A DNA stretch of 51,307 bases from Octopus sinensis (GCF_006345805.1 NW_021834424.1:1-51307), one strand, 5' to 3'. Shown: positions 11,085 through 23,426, numbered from the stretch's first letter. Numbers and translations are program-made. The notes: generated by a model from the letters alone, not told the origin.

Positions 11085-11182
11085 GTTTGTGTGTCTGTTT
11101 TTGTCTCCCCCAACATCACTTGACAACCGATGCTGTTTTGTTTACGTCCCCCGTAACTTAGCGGCTCTGCTAAGTTACGAGG
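11085..11182 (+). mobile_element. SINE S1 tail fragment
   Basis: gtctcccc..cacttgacaaccgatgct..gtttacgtcccccgtaacttagcgg; same family as 31830-32040. Confidence 0.7.
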
Positions 11183-11188
11183 ACGCAA

Positions 11189-11257
<69 letters not shown>

Positions 11258-11276
11258 CGATATATATATATATATC

Positions 11277-14200
11277 GAGTGACGACACCCTGCCTGACTT
11301 CAAGGAGTGACGACCCTGCCTGACACGAGTTCCGGGCTCAGCTGGCTCCGGCTGACAGTACCCGGTATGGGCCCCTCTCCAGGGTTACTGAAAGGAGACA
11401 ACCTTCAAAGAAATCCCGTGTGGAGCCCCGAAGGCGTCTAGTGTTCGACTCGACATTCTTCCGGCAGCTCCTGCAACCAAGCTGGTGCCAAACGTAATGC
11501 ACTGCACTCATTTGGACTACATCAGCAAGGTCGAGAGAGAAATCCTGACGATTGGGCTACCCAGGACTTTCTTATCTCTAGCTCAGGCCTGCGCAAAACT
11601 GGAGAGGACACTCCAGTGCTGCTGTAAAAAGCTGCAGAAACAACACGGGAGGTAACAGTCACGAGTGATAAGTCCATTCAGATTGGCGTAAAATATGGGC
11701 GCTACGGGTTACCTCTGACGGTGGGAGGGACCTCCGTGTCCTATTGGTTAGATACTGCCCACCTCAAGCTGGGCAGCCCCCAGTTAATAAGGTGCTGACC
11801 CGCCAGAGGCCGCCTGCTTCATTGGGTGCTTGGAGCTAAGAGTATGACTTGAAAAGCGGCCTGCAACCTCTGGACCAGGCAAACAACTAAAAGTCAAGAA
11901 AACACCAGTCCTGCAGTTGGCAAGCTGGAATGTCAGGACCATGTGCCCTGGAATATCTGATGATCTACTCAGGGTTGAAGAGACAAGGAAAACGGCCATC
12001 ATTGACCGTGAACTAAAGAGGCTCAACATAGACATTGCTGGGCTACAAGAGACAAGACTTCCCTCAAACGGCAAACTCAAAGAGCAGGATTTCACCTTCT
12101 TTTGACAGGGAAGAGATCCAGAAAAACCTCGTCAACATGGCGTTGGCTTTGCAGTGAGAAACTCACTACTTTCCTCAATAGAACCACCATCAGGAGGCAC
12201 TGAGCGTATCCTCTCACTGCGCCTCTCGACTTCTTCTGGCTCAGTACATCTACTCAGCATCTTTGCTCCCACTCTCTACAGCTCAGAGGAGACCAAAGAC
12301 CAGTTCTACAAAGATCTCAATCGTGTCATAGAAAATATACCAACGACTGAAAACATCTACCTTCTAGGGGATTTTAACGCTCGCGTGGGATCTGACCATG
12401 ATTCGTGGCCCATTTGTGTTGGACACTTTGGTATTGGCAACATGAATGACAATGGTCAGAGACTACTCGAATTCTGCACATACCACAACATGTGCATCAC
12501 AAACACATTCTTTACCAACAAGCCATCCCACAAGGCATCTTGGAGACATCCAAGATCTCACGACTGGCATCAGCTGGATCTCATCATTACACGGAGATCC
12601 TTCCTGAATTCTACTCTATTGATCCGCAGTTACCACAGCGCGGATTGTGACACAGACCACTCACTAATTAGAAGTAGGGTGAGGATTCTACCTAAAAAAG
12701 TCCATCGCTCCAAGAAAGTGGGACGACCACGCATTAACACTGCCATAACCTCGGACCCTACACTGCGAAAATGTTTTGCTGCTTCTATCAAGGTTGCCCT
12801 CAGTGGCTGCCCAACCTCCTCTGCTGAAAGTAAGTGGAACTATATCAGGGAAGCTTTGTATACGACATCGATAGATACTTTCAGCATGAGAGAAAGGCAA
12901 AACCCAGATTAGTTCAATGCTGGGCTCTCAGAGCTGGAGCCAGTTATCGAAGCAAAGCTCTGGTGCAATACAAGAGTGACTCTTCTACAAAGTCACTCGA
13001 AGAACTCAGAAAGGCACGAAATAAAACCAAACTGACAGCTAGACGCTGTGCAAATAGGTATTGGCAGGAAATCTGTCAGAGTATCCAGTCAGCTGCTGAC
13101 AGTGGCGACACCCGTGGGATGTATGCTGGTTTGAAGAAAGCCCTCGGTCCATCAGCAACCAAGTCAGCCCTTCTGAAATCAACTACTGGAGATCTCATCA
13201 GGGATCAAAGCAAGCAAATGGATAGATGGGTGGAGCACTACCAGGATCTCTACTCACGGGAGACTACAGTGGCTGAGACTGCAGTCGAGAGTGTCAAGAT
13301 CTTGCTAGTCATGTGCGAACTTGACAGTCCGCCATCTATAGCAGAGCTCATCAAGGCTGTTGACTCCCTAGCAAGAAACAAGGCTCCGGGAAAAGACGGC
13401 ATCCCCTCAGAGATCATCAAAGCCGGCAAAAACACCATCCTGCTTCGGCACCTTCATGAGCTTCAGTGTCAGTGCTGAGAAGAGGGTACAGTCCCACAGA
13501 TATGCGGGATGCTAACATCATTATGCTTTACAAAAACAAAGGTGACCGTGGTGATTGTAACAATTACCGTGGAATATCTCTTCTAAGCACTGTTGGAAAG
13601 ACCTTTGCCCGCGTTATCCTGGCCAGGCTACAACTACTTGCTTCTTTCTCGAATCTATCCGGAATCGCAGTGTGGCTTTAGAAGAAGCAGATCAACTATC
13701 GATATGATATTCCCATACGCCAACTTCAGGAGAAGTCCAGAGAGCAGAGAATGCCATTATATGTGGCCTTCATTGATCTAACAAAGGCCTTTCACTCGGT
13801 AAGCAGAACAGGCCTCTTCACCCTGCTCCAAAAAATCGGATGTCCACCAAAGCTGCTGAGGATCATCAAGTCTTTCCATGATGACATGCAAGGCACCATA
13901 CAGCACAACGGTTCAACACCAGCCGCCTCCCAAACAAAAAACGGGGTAAAGCAAGGTTGTGTCCTCGCTCCTACATTGTTTAGCATCTTCTTCTCGCTCT
14001 TACTCTCACATGCCTTTCAGACATCAGATGATGGAGTGTTTCAATCTCTCGCGCCTGCGTGCCAAGACCAAAATCAGAAACGTCCTGATCAAGGAGATGC
14101 TATTTGCTGATGATGCCGCTCTGGTATCACACACAGAAGAAGCCCTCCAAAGGCTCATTAACTGTTTTGAGCAAGCATGTAACGATTTTGGCTTAGCTAT

Positions 14201-14783
14201 CAGCCTTAAGAAGACCAACATCATGAGTCAGGCTACATCGGACATCCCAAACATACATATTGGAGACCACAGATAACAAGAGGTGGAGAAGTTTACCTAT
14301 CTGGGCTCTACCGTCACCTACAACCTATCCCTCGACGCTGAGCTCAATATACGCATTGGCAAGGCAGCTGCTGCGATGGTCCAACTCTCCAAACGGGCTT
14401 GGGACAACAATAAGCTGACCAAGACCATGAAGATCTACCAGGCATGTGTACTTAGCACTCTACTGTATGGAAGTGAGACTTGGACGCTATACACACGCCA
14501 AGAGCGTCGCCTAAACATCTTTCACCTGCGCTGCCTCCGGAAAATCCTCCGCATCAAATGGCAGAACCATATCCCCAACAAAGATGTCCTCAGGCAAGCA
14601 GGAATACTAAGCATGTTTGCACTCCTCACACAAAGACGTATGAGATGGTTTGGGCATGTAGCCGTATGAAAGATGGCAGAATCCCCAAGGACATACTCTA
14701 CGGAGAGCTTGCTAGGTGTACTAGGTCTGTGGGTAGACCGGTCTTACGTTACAAGGATGTTTGCAAAAGGGACATGAAATGTA
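11277..14783 (+). mobile_element. RTE-clade LINE (5'UTR + APE endonuclease + RT), disrupted and 3'-truncated
   Basis: ASWNVRT..LQETR..GDFNARVG..SDH-type DTDH (APE); KAPGKDGI, YRGISLL, FIDLTKAF, GVKQGCVLAP, LFADD, FTYLGS, LLYGSETW (RT). Multiple stops and frameshifts. Confidence 0.95.
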
Positions 14784-14924
14784 AAAGTCGGACTAGACTA
14801 CTTTATGCGCAACTCCATTGTCTCCCGAGACAAAAAGGATGCCAACCAATATACCCCGATAGGTAGGGAGAGAGTAATACACACGCACACACACGAACAC
14901 ACAAAATTATCTGCACTTTCGCCA

Positions 14925-15399
14925 TAACATATTGTCACGATCAACAATGCAAGATGCAGTGCTTTGCTGGTCAACAATTCGCACCAAATGCCGAAACCTA
15001 TTGTCGGGGAAAGTTTTGTTGTTGCGTGATAATGCACGCTAACACACAGCCGCCCAGACCGTTGGAGCCATTAACCAACTGCGTTCTGAGGTGCTGGAAA
15101 TCCCTGCCCACAACTCAGATCTCGCTCCCTCCGATCATATCTTTAGATCACTCAAAGATGGTGTACGAAGTCATCGATTTCCTACGGATGAAGATGTGAT
15201 GAAAGCGCTGCATTAATGGTTGCACAACCAACCGAAAACCTTCTTCTTGGAAGGAATACGCAGGCTTGTCGATCGTTGGACGAGTGCATCGAATTGGAAA
15301 ATACCGATATAGAAAAATGACGTACATGTTCATCCCCTGCTTTTGTGAAAATAGATTGAAAAAATAAGAATGCGTATAATTTTTGAACATCCCTCATAT
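14925..15399 (+). mobile_element. Mariner 3' half with terminal inverted repeat
   Basis: LLLRDNAR..HNSDLAPSD..F.LEGIRRLVDRWT. Ends in tttttgaacatccctca+TA. Confidence 0.8.
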
Positions 15400-15613
15400 A
15401 TTTATGTGTGTATGTGTGTGTCTGTCTGTGTGTGTGTCTGTCTGTGTGTGTGTATGTGTGTGTATTCATGCCCCGCCCCACAAACCGATTTAGACTCTTT
15501 CGTCTTTCCTTGGTTTACCGCTTCCAATTTACTAAAGCATTGTAATACCGTTGTATTACAATAGCAGACGCTTACGTGTACTTCTCGTACAGACTTAGCT
15601 GATCTACCATATG

Positions 15614-15646
<33 letters not shown>

Positions 15647-15651
<5 letters not shown>

Positions 15652-16515
15652 CAGGCCACTTCTTAACGGGTCTACGACAAACGATTTATACACCTCAGCT
15701 TTAGAATAACACAAATACACACGCAAATATTACATTCCAAAGAATCCATTACAAATCAGCCCCAATCACAGCTATAATCCATAACGTGCCAACTTCAAGT
15801 CATACAACACCTCACTACTTCCACTCATTCATATTCTCCCTTCTCTTTTTTCTTCTTCCTCTTCTTCTTCATCATCATCATTATCATCATCATCGTCGTC
15901 ATCACCATCATCATCATCATCTTCTTCTTCTTCTTCGTCTTCTTCTTCTTCTTCATCATCATCATCATCAACACCGTCATCATCATCATCATCTTCTTTC
16001 TTCTTTCTTCTTCTTCTTCTTCTTCTTTCTTCTTCTTCTTCTTCTCTTCTTCTTCTTCTTCTTCTTCTTCTTCTTCTTCTTCTTCTGCTCCACCTTCTAC
16101 TTCTTACTTTATCATTAATGCTTTTTTAGTATACACCTACGCAAATTCTATAAACAAACCTTTCAATAGAATATTCTCCTGAATTGAACTGCAACATCTA
16201 GCCGCCACTGACCATTCAAAATACGACAATCAAGGCACTCCAAATTTTTCTACCCCTTTCTCCTCATCATCCTTCTTCTTCTTCTTCTACCCTACCAAGA
16301 ATTCACAACGACCTCGAACACACAAGTGCAAACAAGAGAGACAGAGAAAGGCAGAAACAAGAAAATGCCACTTATATTTGAAGACCATACAAATATTCCT
16401 TTAAAAACTTTTCTTTTAATTTTTTTCTAAACTTAATTATTTAATCGTTACAGTTGAAAAGGTCTCAAAAGTCCGAAACCGGTACTGAAATGTTCTTTAT
16501 AAAATTATTTTAGCA
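15647..16515 (+). mobile_element. Solo pLTR of PLE family A with an expanded internal (CAT)n/(CTT)n tract
   Basis: 15650-15850 matches 955-1140 and the reverse complement of 1-130. A hammerhead relic lies at 16450-16487. Confidence 0.75.
16450..16487 (+). ncRNA. Degenerate minimal hammerhead motif with palindromic stem III
   Basis: cag-TTGAAAA-GGTCT caaa AGTCC-GAAA-CCGG-TA-ctg. Two core substitutions relative to CUGANGA. Confidence 0.5.
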
Positions 16516-16535
16516 TTTTCTATCTTGACTTGCTT

Positions 16536-16585
<50 letters not shown>

Positions 16586-16588
<3 letters not shown>

Positions 16589-17768
16589 CCCAAAGAAAAC
16601 GGGTATTTTGCAGTATTATTTTATTCACTTAGTTTTACATCTTACACTTTTATTACCATCAATTATTCTGCATTTGAAGCAATGTATTGGTCCAGACTCG
16701 TTTTCACTATTCGAAGCAGTGCTGGGACTCTTGCAAAGAGATGTTTAACACCTTCGTCGTTTTTTTTTTTCTTCACTCCTTACACATCTGCAAAAAATAT
16801 TTTCCTTTAAAGACTTTTTTATTCGGAGTAACAGGAAAAAGTCGCAGGGAGCAAGATCGGGTGAACAGGGTTAGATGGATAAGCAAGGTCATGCTATTTT
16901 AAGCAAAAACTGTCTTCATTCAAGGCGGTGGGCGCGGGCGCAGGCGCATAGTCATGATGATACCACCACTCTCCACTTTGCCATAGGTCAGGCGTCTTCG
17001 TCTCACCACGTCTCGCAAACGTTTCAGAACTGCCAAGTAAAATGGCTGGTTAACAGCTTGACCAGGAGGAACAAATTCTGTGTGGACAATTCCTTTCGTA
17101 TCGGTGAAACAAATCAGCAACGTCTTCATATTGGACTTCACTTGACGCAATTTTTTGGAACGTGGTGACATTGAATGCCCCTATTGACATGACTGCTGCT
17201 TCGTTTCCGGGTCAGCTTTCGTCACCAGTGATGACATTCTAAAAAGGTTTGGATCAGCTTCCAACTGTTTACGGTACGTAATCGCTCATGACTGTTTGTG
17301 ATCATCCGTGAACACAAATTTTGCTGCAAATCTTCATTCGCAATTACTTGCACAAAATTCGTTGGCAGGACACACCAGTTATATCAACAAGTTTGTCAAT
17401 TGTATAGCAGCGGTCCTTCATGAATTTTCATGTTTTCATTCGTTCGAGAATGACCATTCCTAAAACCTGAAAATGATTCGTACACTTGTATTTTGCTCAT
17501 GTCAGCATCCTTGTAAGCATGACAACTCTTTCGGCCGCCGATTTCCTCAGCAAAAAACAAAATTTCACGGAAACATGATGTTCCTACATTTCAGCCATCG
17601 CAAAAATCGACGAAATAAAGACGAACCACGTGGGAGTTCACTCAACGACGCTGGTTGCAGACTGATGCCGAAGGGTCGTTTCGTGTGGCTTCCAGCAGCG
17701 GAACCTGTGCGCTACAACGGGATTGTCCCACAGTGTAAGTTTCCGGTTACTTTTGGGCACCCTTAGTA
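16586..17768 (-). mobile_element. Decayed, internally deleted mariner element with degenerate TIRs
   Basis: ORF 16920-17171 KSNMKTLLICFTDTKGIVHTEFVPPGQAVNQPFYLAVLKRLR; upstream ITGDES. Ends cccaaagaaaacggg / ttccggttacttttgggcaccc, TA-flanked. Confidence 0.85.
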
Positions 17769-17778
17769 TATATATATA

Positions 17779-17856
<78 letters not shown>

Positions 17857-17862
17857 ATACAT

Positions 17863-17899
<37 letters not shown>

Positions 17900-18529
17900 A
17901 CATAATACATACATACATTTGTCTGCACATACATATGTATATGCACATAGACGATAGACGGTAGATAAAATTTTTAATCGATATAAACTATTGAAGTACA
18001 TGAAATCGAAGGCTCCAACATTGCAACGATCCACAGTAAATCAGAGAAATAAAATAAAATTAAATATAAATCATTTATATATTTTAACATCCATAGAAAT
18101 AAATCTGAATGGCAACATATTGCAGGAGAGCCACACCTTGGCAGTTATTGATCTCTAGAACAGTATCTATTATTTAACAGAAAAATCAATTATTTTTATT
18201 AGAACTGAGGTTAAATCCTTGATCATAATCACCCAATTCTTGAAACCGATATCGATTTAAAAGATAAACGCAACATATTTAATACGGGAAAAATTTGTAG
18301 TTCCTTAACGCTAGGACAAGTTTTTGATCTGGAAGCCATAGAAACAAGTGTTCTTTCACCCATGAATGTCCAACCTTCGCTAAAACACGTTTATCAACGA
18401 CTACTTTACCGAATCTTCCCATGTTATAATTTAATGACGGTAGATTGTGATTCATAGACTATTTGAATATCATTAGACTATAAAGTCATAGACTATTTGA
18501 ATATGATTTCTATCCCAGAACGATGAAAA

Positions 18530-18749
18530 CTTCCTGAAAACTTTGCGTCGCCCTCTGAGTAGGTATCGCCAAGCATTTTGTTAAGTTTGATGCAGATTCT
18601 TTGTTCAATCACACGCTACACACGTCAATTCCAAGGACTGCTGTAAACAGTAGAAGTGAGCTAGAACGTTAAAACTTAGAGTGCATGAACAGAGTTCAGG
18701 GTCAATCTGTGCAGCTTTACTCAGCTATCCCAATAAAGCTTCCTTCATA
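18530..18749 (-). mobile_element. Mariner 5' end (TIR-like end, 5'UTR, EQRICIK start)
   Basis: Reverse complement reads ...gtgtgtagcgtgtgattgaacaaaagaatctgcatcaaa. The 5'UTR is homologous to 18960-19098. Confidence 0.6.
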
Positions 18750-18857
18750 ACATCTCTATGTAAACATATGCATGTTCTCATATATACACACAAAAACACA
18801 CACCCAGACTCAGGCGCATGCACGTATAATTATATATATATATATATTATTTCTAAA

Positions 18858-18903
<46 letters not shown>

Positions 18904-18917
18904 TGTGTGTGTGTCTC

Positions 18918-19098
18918 TGTGTGGTCTGGTCAATACGTATCTGGACTGTTGCCATAGTAACGACGCTAAGGCACGCAGAGTCAATTTGCTTGACACAAAT
19001 TGATCTTGAACTTTGTTGTGCATGCTCACTAAGTTTTAACGTTCTAATTCATTGCCACTGTTTACAACAGTGCTTGGAATGAAGGTGTGTAGCGTGTA
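18918..19098 (+). mobile_element. Mariner 5' TIR + 5'UTR
   Basis: ggtctggtcaatacgtatctggact (TIR-like) and ...taagttttaacgttcta...gtgtgtagcgtg, shared with 18620-18700 in inverted orientation. Confidence 0.55.
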
Positions 19099-19415
19099 AT
19101 CGTCGATTTCCCCCCACAGCTGCGTGCACGTCTGCGACATTTTTCTCAGTTCTGCTGGTTGCGTGTCTCCCAGATGGTTCTTCAATATGGGCAGTTTTTC
19201 GGCCATCTTGAAAACATTTGACCATATATAAACTTGTGTGCGGTTCATATACTCCTCTCCACACAATTTCTGAAAATTTGCTCAGGCCTCTGAGAATATA
19301 TCGCAATGACAACTTTCTCTGTCATGGTCATTGCGATGATTACAATTATTGCTGTAAACATCGGAAGTGATCTAGAACGTTAAATCTTCGTGCGCATGCG
19401 CAGCTAAGTACAACG
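19099..19415 (-). mobile_element. Mariner 5'UTR + N-terminal HTH fragment
   Basis: ORF 19049-19312 KCFQDGRK...EEPSGRHATSRTEKNVADVHAAVGGNRRL. Confidence 0.75.
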
Positions 19416-19419
19416 TCAA

Positions 19420-19489
19420 AGATAGATAGATAGAGAGAGAGAGAGAAAGAGATAGATAGATAGAGAGAGAGATAGAGAGAGAGATAGAG

Positions 19490-19530
<41 letters not shown>
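19420..19530. repeat. (GATA)n/(GA)n microsatellite
   Basis: Directly visible. Confidence 0.95.
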
Positions 19531-19544
19531 CTTTCTTTATTATC

Positions 19545-20640
19545 TACACAGGGGCTGGCCAAGGTGTTAACCGAGAGGTGGGCGCTTGTCATCGGGAAAC
19601 TGGTTGACAAGGCGCAAACGGGCAGGTCAACCTCCATTTGATGCACTACATCACAGACAGGGTACTTAAGGAACCTGGTATGGGTGGTGTACTGATCAAC
19701 GCGGATCAATCAAAAGCTTTCGATAGGGTTGACTATCGATACTTGGAGGCTGTCCTTAGAGCGGCTGGTTTCGGACTCGTGTTCCGCGGTTGGTTTGCTG
19801 CCTTCTACAGCGGCATCCATTCAATAATTCGCGTGAATGGGCATCAATGCAGACCATTTGATATTGCACGTTCGGTCGGTCAAGGAATCCCCCTTTCGTC
19901 GCTTCTGTACGTATTGACTATCGAGAAATTACTGCGGCAGCTGGCGACGGTAAGGGCATCTTGCGAGAATTGGGATGTGGCATGAGTGTGTCTGCATACA
20001 CAGCCATATCGATCTGGTCGGCAAGACACTAAAAGAATACGAAAAGATAACGGAAGTGAAAATTAACCGGGTAAAGTCAGTGGGCTTGCGACTCGGCATC
20101 TGGAGAAGCAAGCTTATGCCGTCCAACAGTGTCTCTGTTGTGGGACGTTGGACCGACGGACGCAGTTAAATTGCTCGGGGTCTGGTTCGGTCCGAACCTC
20201 CAAATAAAGAAGAACTGGGATGAGATAACGAGTAGGGTGGCCTCTCTCACTTGGTAATGGAATCGGGAGGAAGCTATCCCTAAAAGGTCGAGCGGAGGTG
20301 GCGAACGTGTACATCGCGTCGTCATCTACTACCGCTTGAGCGTCGTAACTTGACCCGACCCTACCATCACCAAACTAGAACGCATCTTTTTACGCTTCTT
20401 GTGGAAAGGAAGCGTTACGATGGTCAGGTGATCCGTTTGCTGTCAACACCCGCTTGAATGAGGACTAGACATGCTGTGGTTAATGATGCGCAGACATGCG
20501 CTGAGATTGCGACATCTCCGCGCTTCATAGACGGCGGTGAAGAGGTGTGGTCGCCGTTCATGGGGCGCGTTTCTCGCAGCTCGTCTCTTTGACCGAACTG
20601 CAATCGTAGATCAAAAAGAGGTCGAGGAAGGGCGAATGGC
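19545..20640 (+). mobile_element. Tx1/L1-clade ORF2 fragment (RT and downstream region), degenerate
   Basis: LINADQSKAFDRVDYRYLEAVL..GFG..VNGH..SVGQGIPLSSLLYVL; KINRVKS; LLGVWFGP; LSLKGRAEVANVYI. Confidence 0.85.
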
Positions 20641-21800
20641 ATCGCGAGTGTCGATGGCAGTGAGCATTGTTGGTGCATATGTTTCTGTGGTGTTGGTGTT
20701 GTTTGTATTTGTGTTTGAAACGTTTTCAGTTGTATATCTTCCTACTTTGTTCTTTTCTTGCTCCTTTTCCTCCTTCCTTTTCTGGCTATTTGCTATTCCT
20801 TATTGCTTTCGTCTTCCGACGAAATTTCTGGGGAATCGGAAGGGGATAAAGGCATTGGGTATGGGTTTATTTTTTTAATTTGTGTTGTTGCTTTTGTTGA
20901 TGCTGGTTGTTGATTATTTGTGTGTGGTTATGGTGTATGTGTTATTGGGGATGAGGAATCAGTTTTCGTCTTTTCATTTGGATTTTGTGTTTCTGTTCTT
21001 GTTCTTATTGTTGATATTGAGGTTGGTACTTTTCCTGATGATGTTGGTGCTTCATTTGTTGGTTGTGTTTTCTCTGTCATAGATGTTGTTGCTAGCAGGT
21101 TTGGTTTGTGTGTTTCTTTCGTTATTCTTTATTTGCTGCTTAGCTCCTGTGTTGGTGGTGGTGTGGGTAGTAGAACTTCTTTTTTCCTTTCAGGTTTTTC
21201 TTGTTGTAGTGGTTGTTGTTCTTGTTGTTTTTGTTGTTCTGTTGCTGTTGGGCATCCAGGTTTTAAGTGTGTTTCACTGCCACAACGGTAACAGCGAAGC
21301 CTCCTCCCTTCTACAACTACAAAGAGTTTGTAGCCGTCAGGCAGCTCAATTAAATTTGGAATGGATCTCGATTGAGTTTCCCAGTCAATTTTGCTGCTCG
21401 AGGATGGCCATGTTCTCCATTTCAAAACAAATAGAAGACATCAACCACTGTCTCTCTATTTCTGGAGGAATATTTTTTTATTGTAATCCTAGTCACTCGT
21501 TGACCAAAATAGCTTGGAATCATTATTAACTCCTCTGTTTGTTGAGTGACATTTGGCCTCTTCTTCACTTTTGAAGTCTACCTGTACCGTGGCATACTTG
21601 TTCCCCAATTTATGGCATTTTTCAATTAGTTTTTGGGGTGCTTGCTCTGGCTTCTTGTTTTTGTATTTATCACATTGTATGCGATTCTTTTTTTTGCTCA
21701 TTTTCTATTATGTTTTTTGGGGATGTGATAATGAAGATTGGAACCCTGTTTATTTAGTAGAGATTTGGTTTGGTTGTGTCGTGATGTGAAGGTTACCACA
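20640..21800 (-). mobile_element. Non-LTR ORF1 (gag-like) fragment with CCHC zinc knuckle, probably Tx1/L1-type
   Basis: ORF 21129-21425 VVVEGRRLRCYRCGSETHLKPGC (CX2CX4HX4C at ~21293-21252), followed by a Q/E/T low-complexity tail. Confidence 0.7.
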
Positions 21801-21861
21801 GTTCTCTTTTGTTTTAACGCCTCTGCAAAATTTGTTTTGTTGTTGTTGTTGTCCCTGGTGG

Positions 21862-21892
<31 letters not shown>

Positions 21893-21923
21893 AACAGAGC
21901 CGTTGAAGCTGTTTGTCCCCGTA

Positions 21924-22252
21924 TCTCCTGTTTATACACGTTCGTGTAATTTGTTTTTGTTTATTTATGTGTTCACACCTACTTATTATTATTTTTTTGT
22001 ATTTGATTAAATTGATTTTTAAAAAGATTTGTTAATGTATATAGTTATTTATTTAATTCCATTTGTTTATCTGTGTATTTTATTTTGTTTTTAGTTGATT
22101 CTATAGTGTTATCAGTTTATGGGGATCTTCTTCTGTCATATGCTGTGGTGTGTGCTAGTGTTCCATTCCAGGCTAGGTTTATCTTCTATTATGTGTGTAG
22201 CTTCCGTAATTTGTCTGATTGTTGTGCCTGTTCTATGTTCTATGTGTGGACA
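21924..22252 (-). mobile_element. Inverted partial pLTR of PLE family C
   Basis: Diverged reverse complement of 22586-22898. Confidence 0.85.
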
Positions 22253-23140
22253 AGGTTGTTGAAAGGCCAGGCAATCCTATCAAATCCCTAATCGGTAGAA
22301 CCTACCTTTTTAGTAGAATTCCCCTGTACGGATAGGAACTGTACTGTGTGTAGATTTAGCCCACAACCAAACTGTAAAGCCAGAAATATAGTCTATAGTA
22401 TAAGATGTATAGAGGGACGATGCAGTAGCAAGACAACGACATATTAGGGGAAACGGTACGGAGCATAGGAGAGCGGGTAAATGGACATTGGAGAGAACTT
22501 AAGGAAGAAAAGAGCTCATCGGTTCTATACCAACACGCCGAGCAGGAACTCGGAGGCTCAATCAACAACATAGAAGATAAAATCATGTCCACACATAGAA
22601 CAGAAACAACAATTAGACAAATTACAGAAACTACATACATAAGAGTAGATAAACCTAGCCTGAATAGGAAACTGGAATGGAACACTAGCACACACCACAG
22701 CATATGACAGAAGATCTGATAACAGTATAAGTAAAACTAAAGGCATAATAAAATACACAGATAAACAAATGGAATTAAATAAATAACTATATACATTAAC
22801 AAATTTTTTCAAAAATTAATTTAATTAAATACAAAAAAATAAGTAGGTGTGAACACATAAATAAACAAAAAATTACACGAACGTGTATAAACAGGAGAAA
22901 CAAATATACAGGCACTTTCCTGTAATATACGCATGCGCAAATGAAGACACATACAATAGGAATACAAAATACAAAATGGCTGAACATTAGTAAGGAGAGA
23001 CACACAAATAAGAAATAAGTAAGCAAAGGACCACTGATGAGGTCACAGAAGTGTGGCGAAAGAACTCTGGCCGAAATAAGATTAAGATTAATGTAAAAAG
23101 TATATAAACCTGAAGCAAATTCACACCAAATATATAGTGT
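22253..23140 (+). mobile_element. 5'-truncated Penelope-like element (family C): GIY-YIG + pLTR with hammerhead
   Basis: Manual translation PCTDRNCTVC..CKARNIVYSIRC..C..TY[-1]GETVRSIGERVNGH..SVLYQH..IRQITET..PSLNRKLEW..* (ends ~22707). This is not in the ORF track. Confidence 0.85.
23028..23072 (+). ncRNA. Minimal type I hammerhead ribozyme with intact catalytic core
   Basis: GGACCA-CTGATGA-G-GTCACA gaag TGTGGC-GAAA-gaac-TC-TGGCC. Stem I GG(A)CCA/TGGCC; predicted cleavage after C23067. Confidence 0.7.
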
Positions 23141-23392
23141 TTGTGTTTTTATTGACTAAACTGGCAACATGACCATTCCTAAATACAACAACATCCGTTT
23201 CAACACACGATTTCACATGAAGAATCTTGCAAAACAAATGTATATATCTATATATATATATAAATTAGAGATAAAACCACTATCATGGAACTATCTCTAA
23301 TTTATATTTTATATATTTATATTGTGAAATTTGATTTAATACAAAATGAATTTTTCCCTGTAACTTTGGAGTTATACTCCTAATATTATTAA

Positions 23393-23423
<31 letters not shown>

Positions 23424-23426
<3 letters not shown>

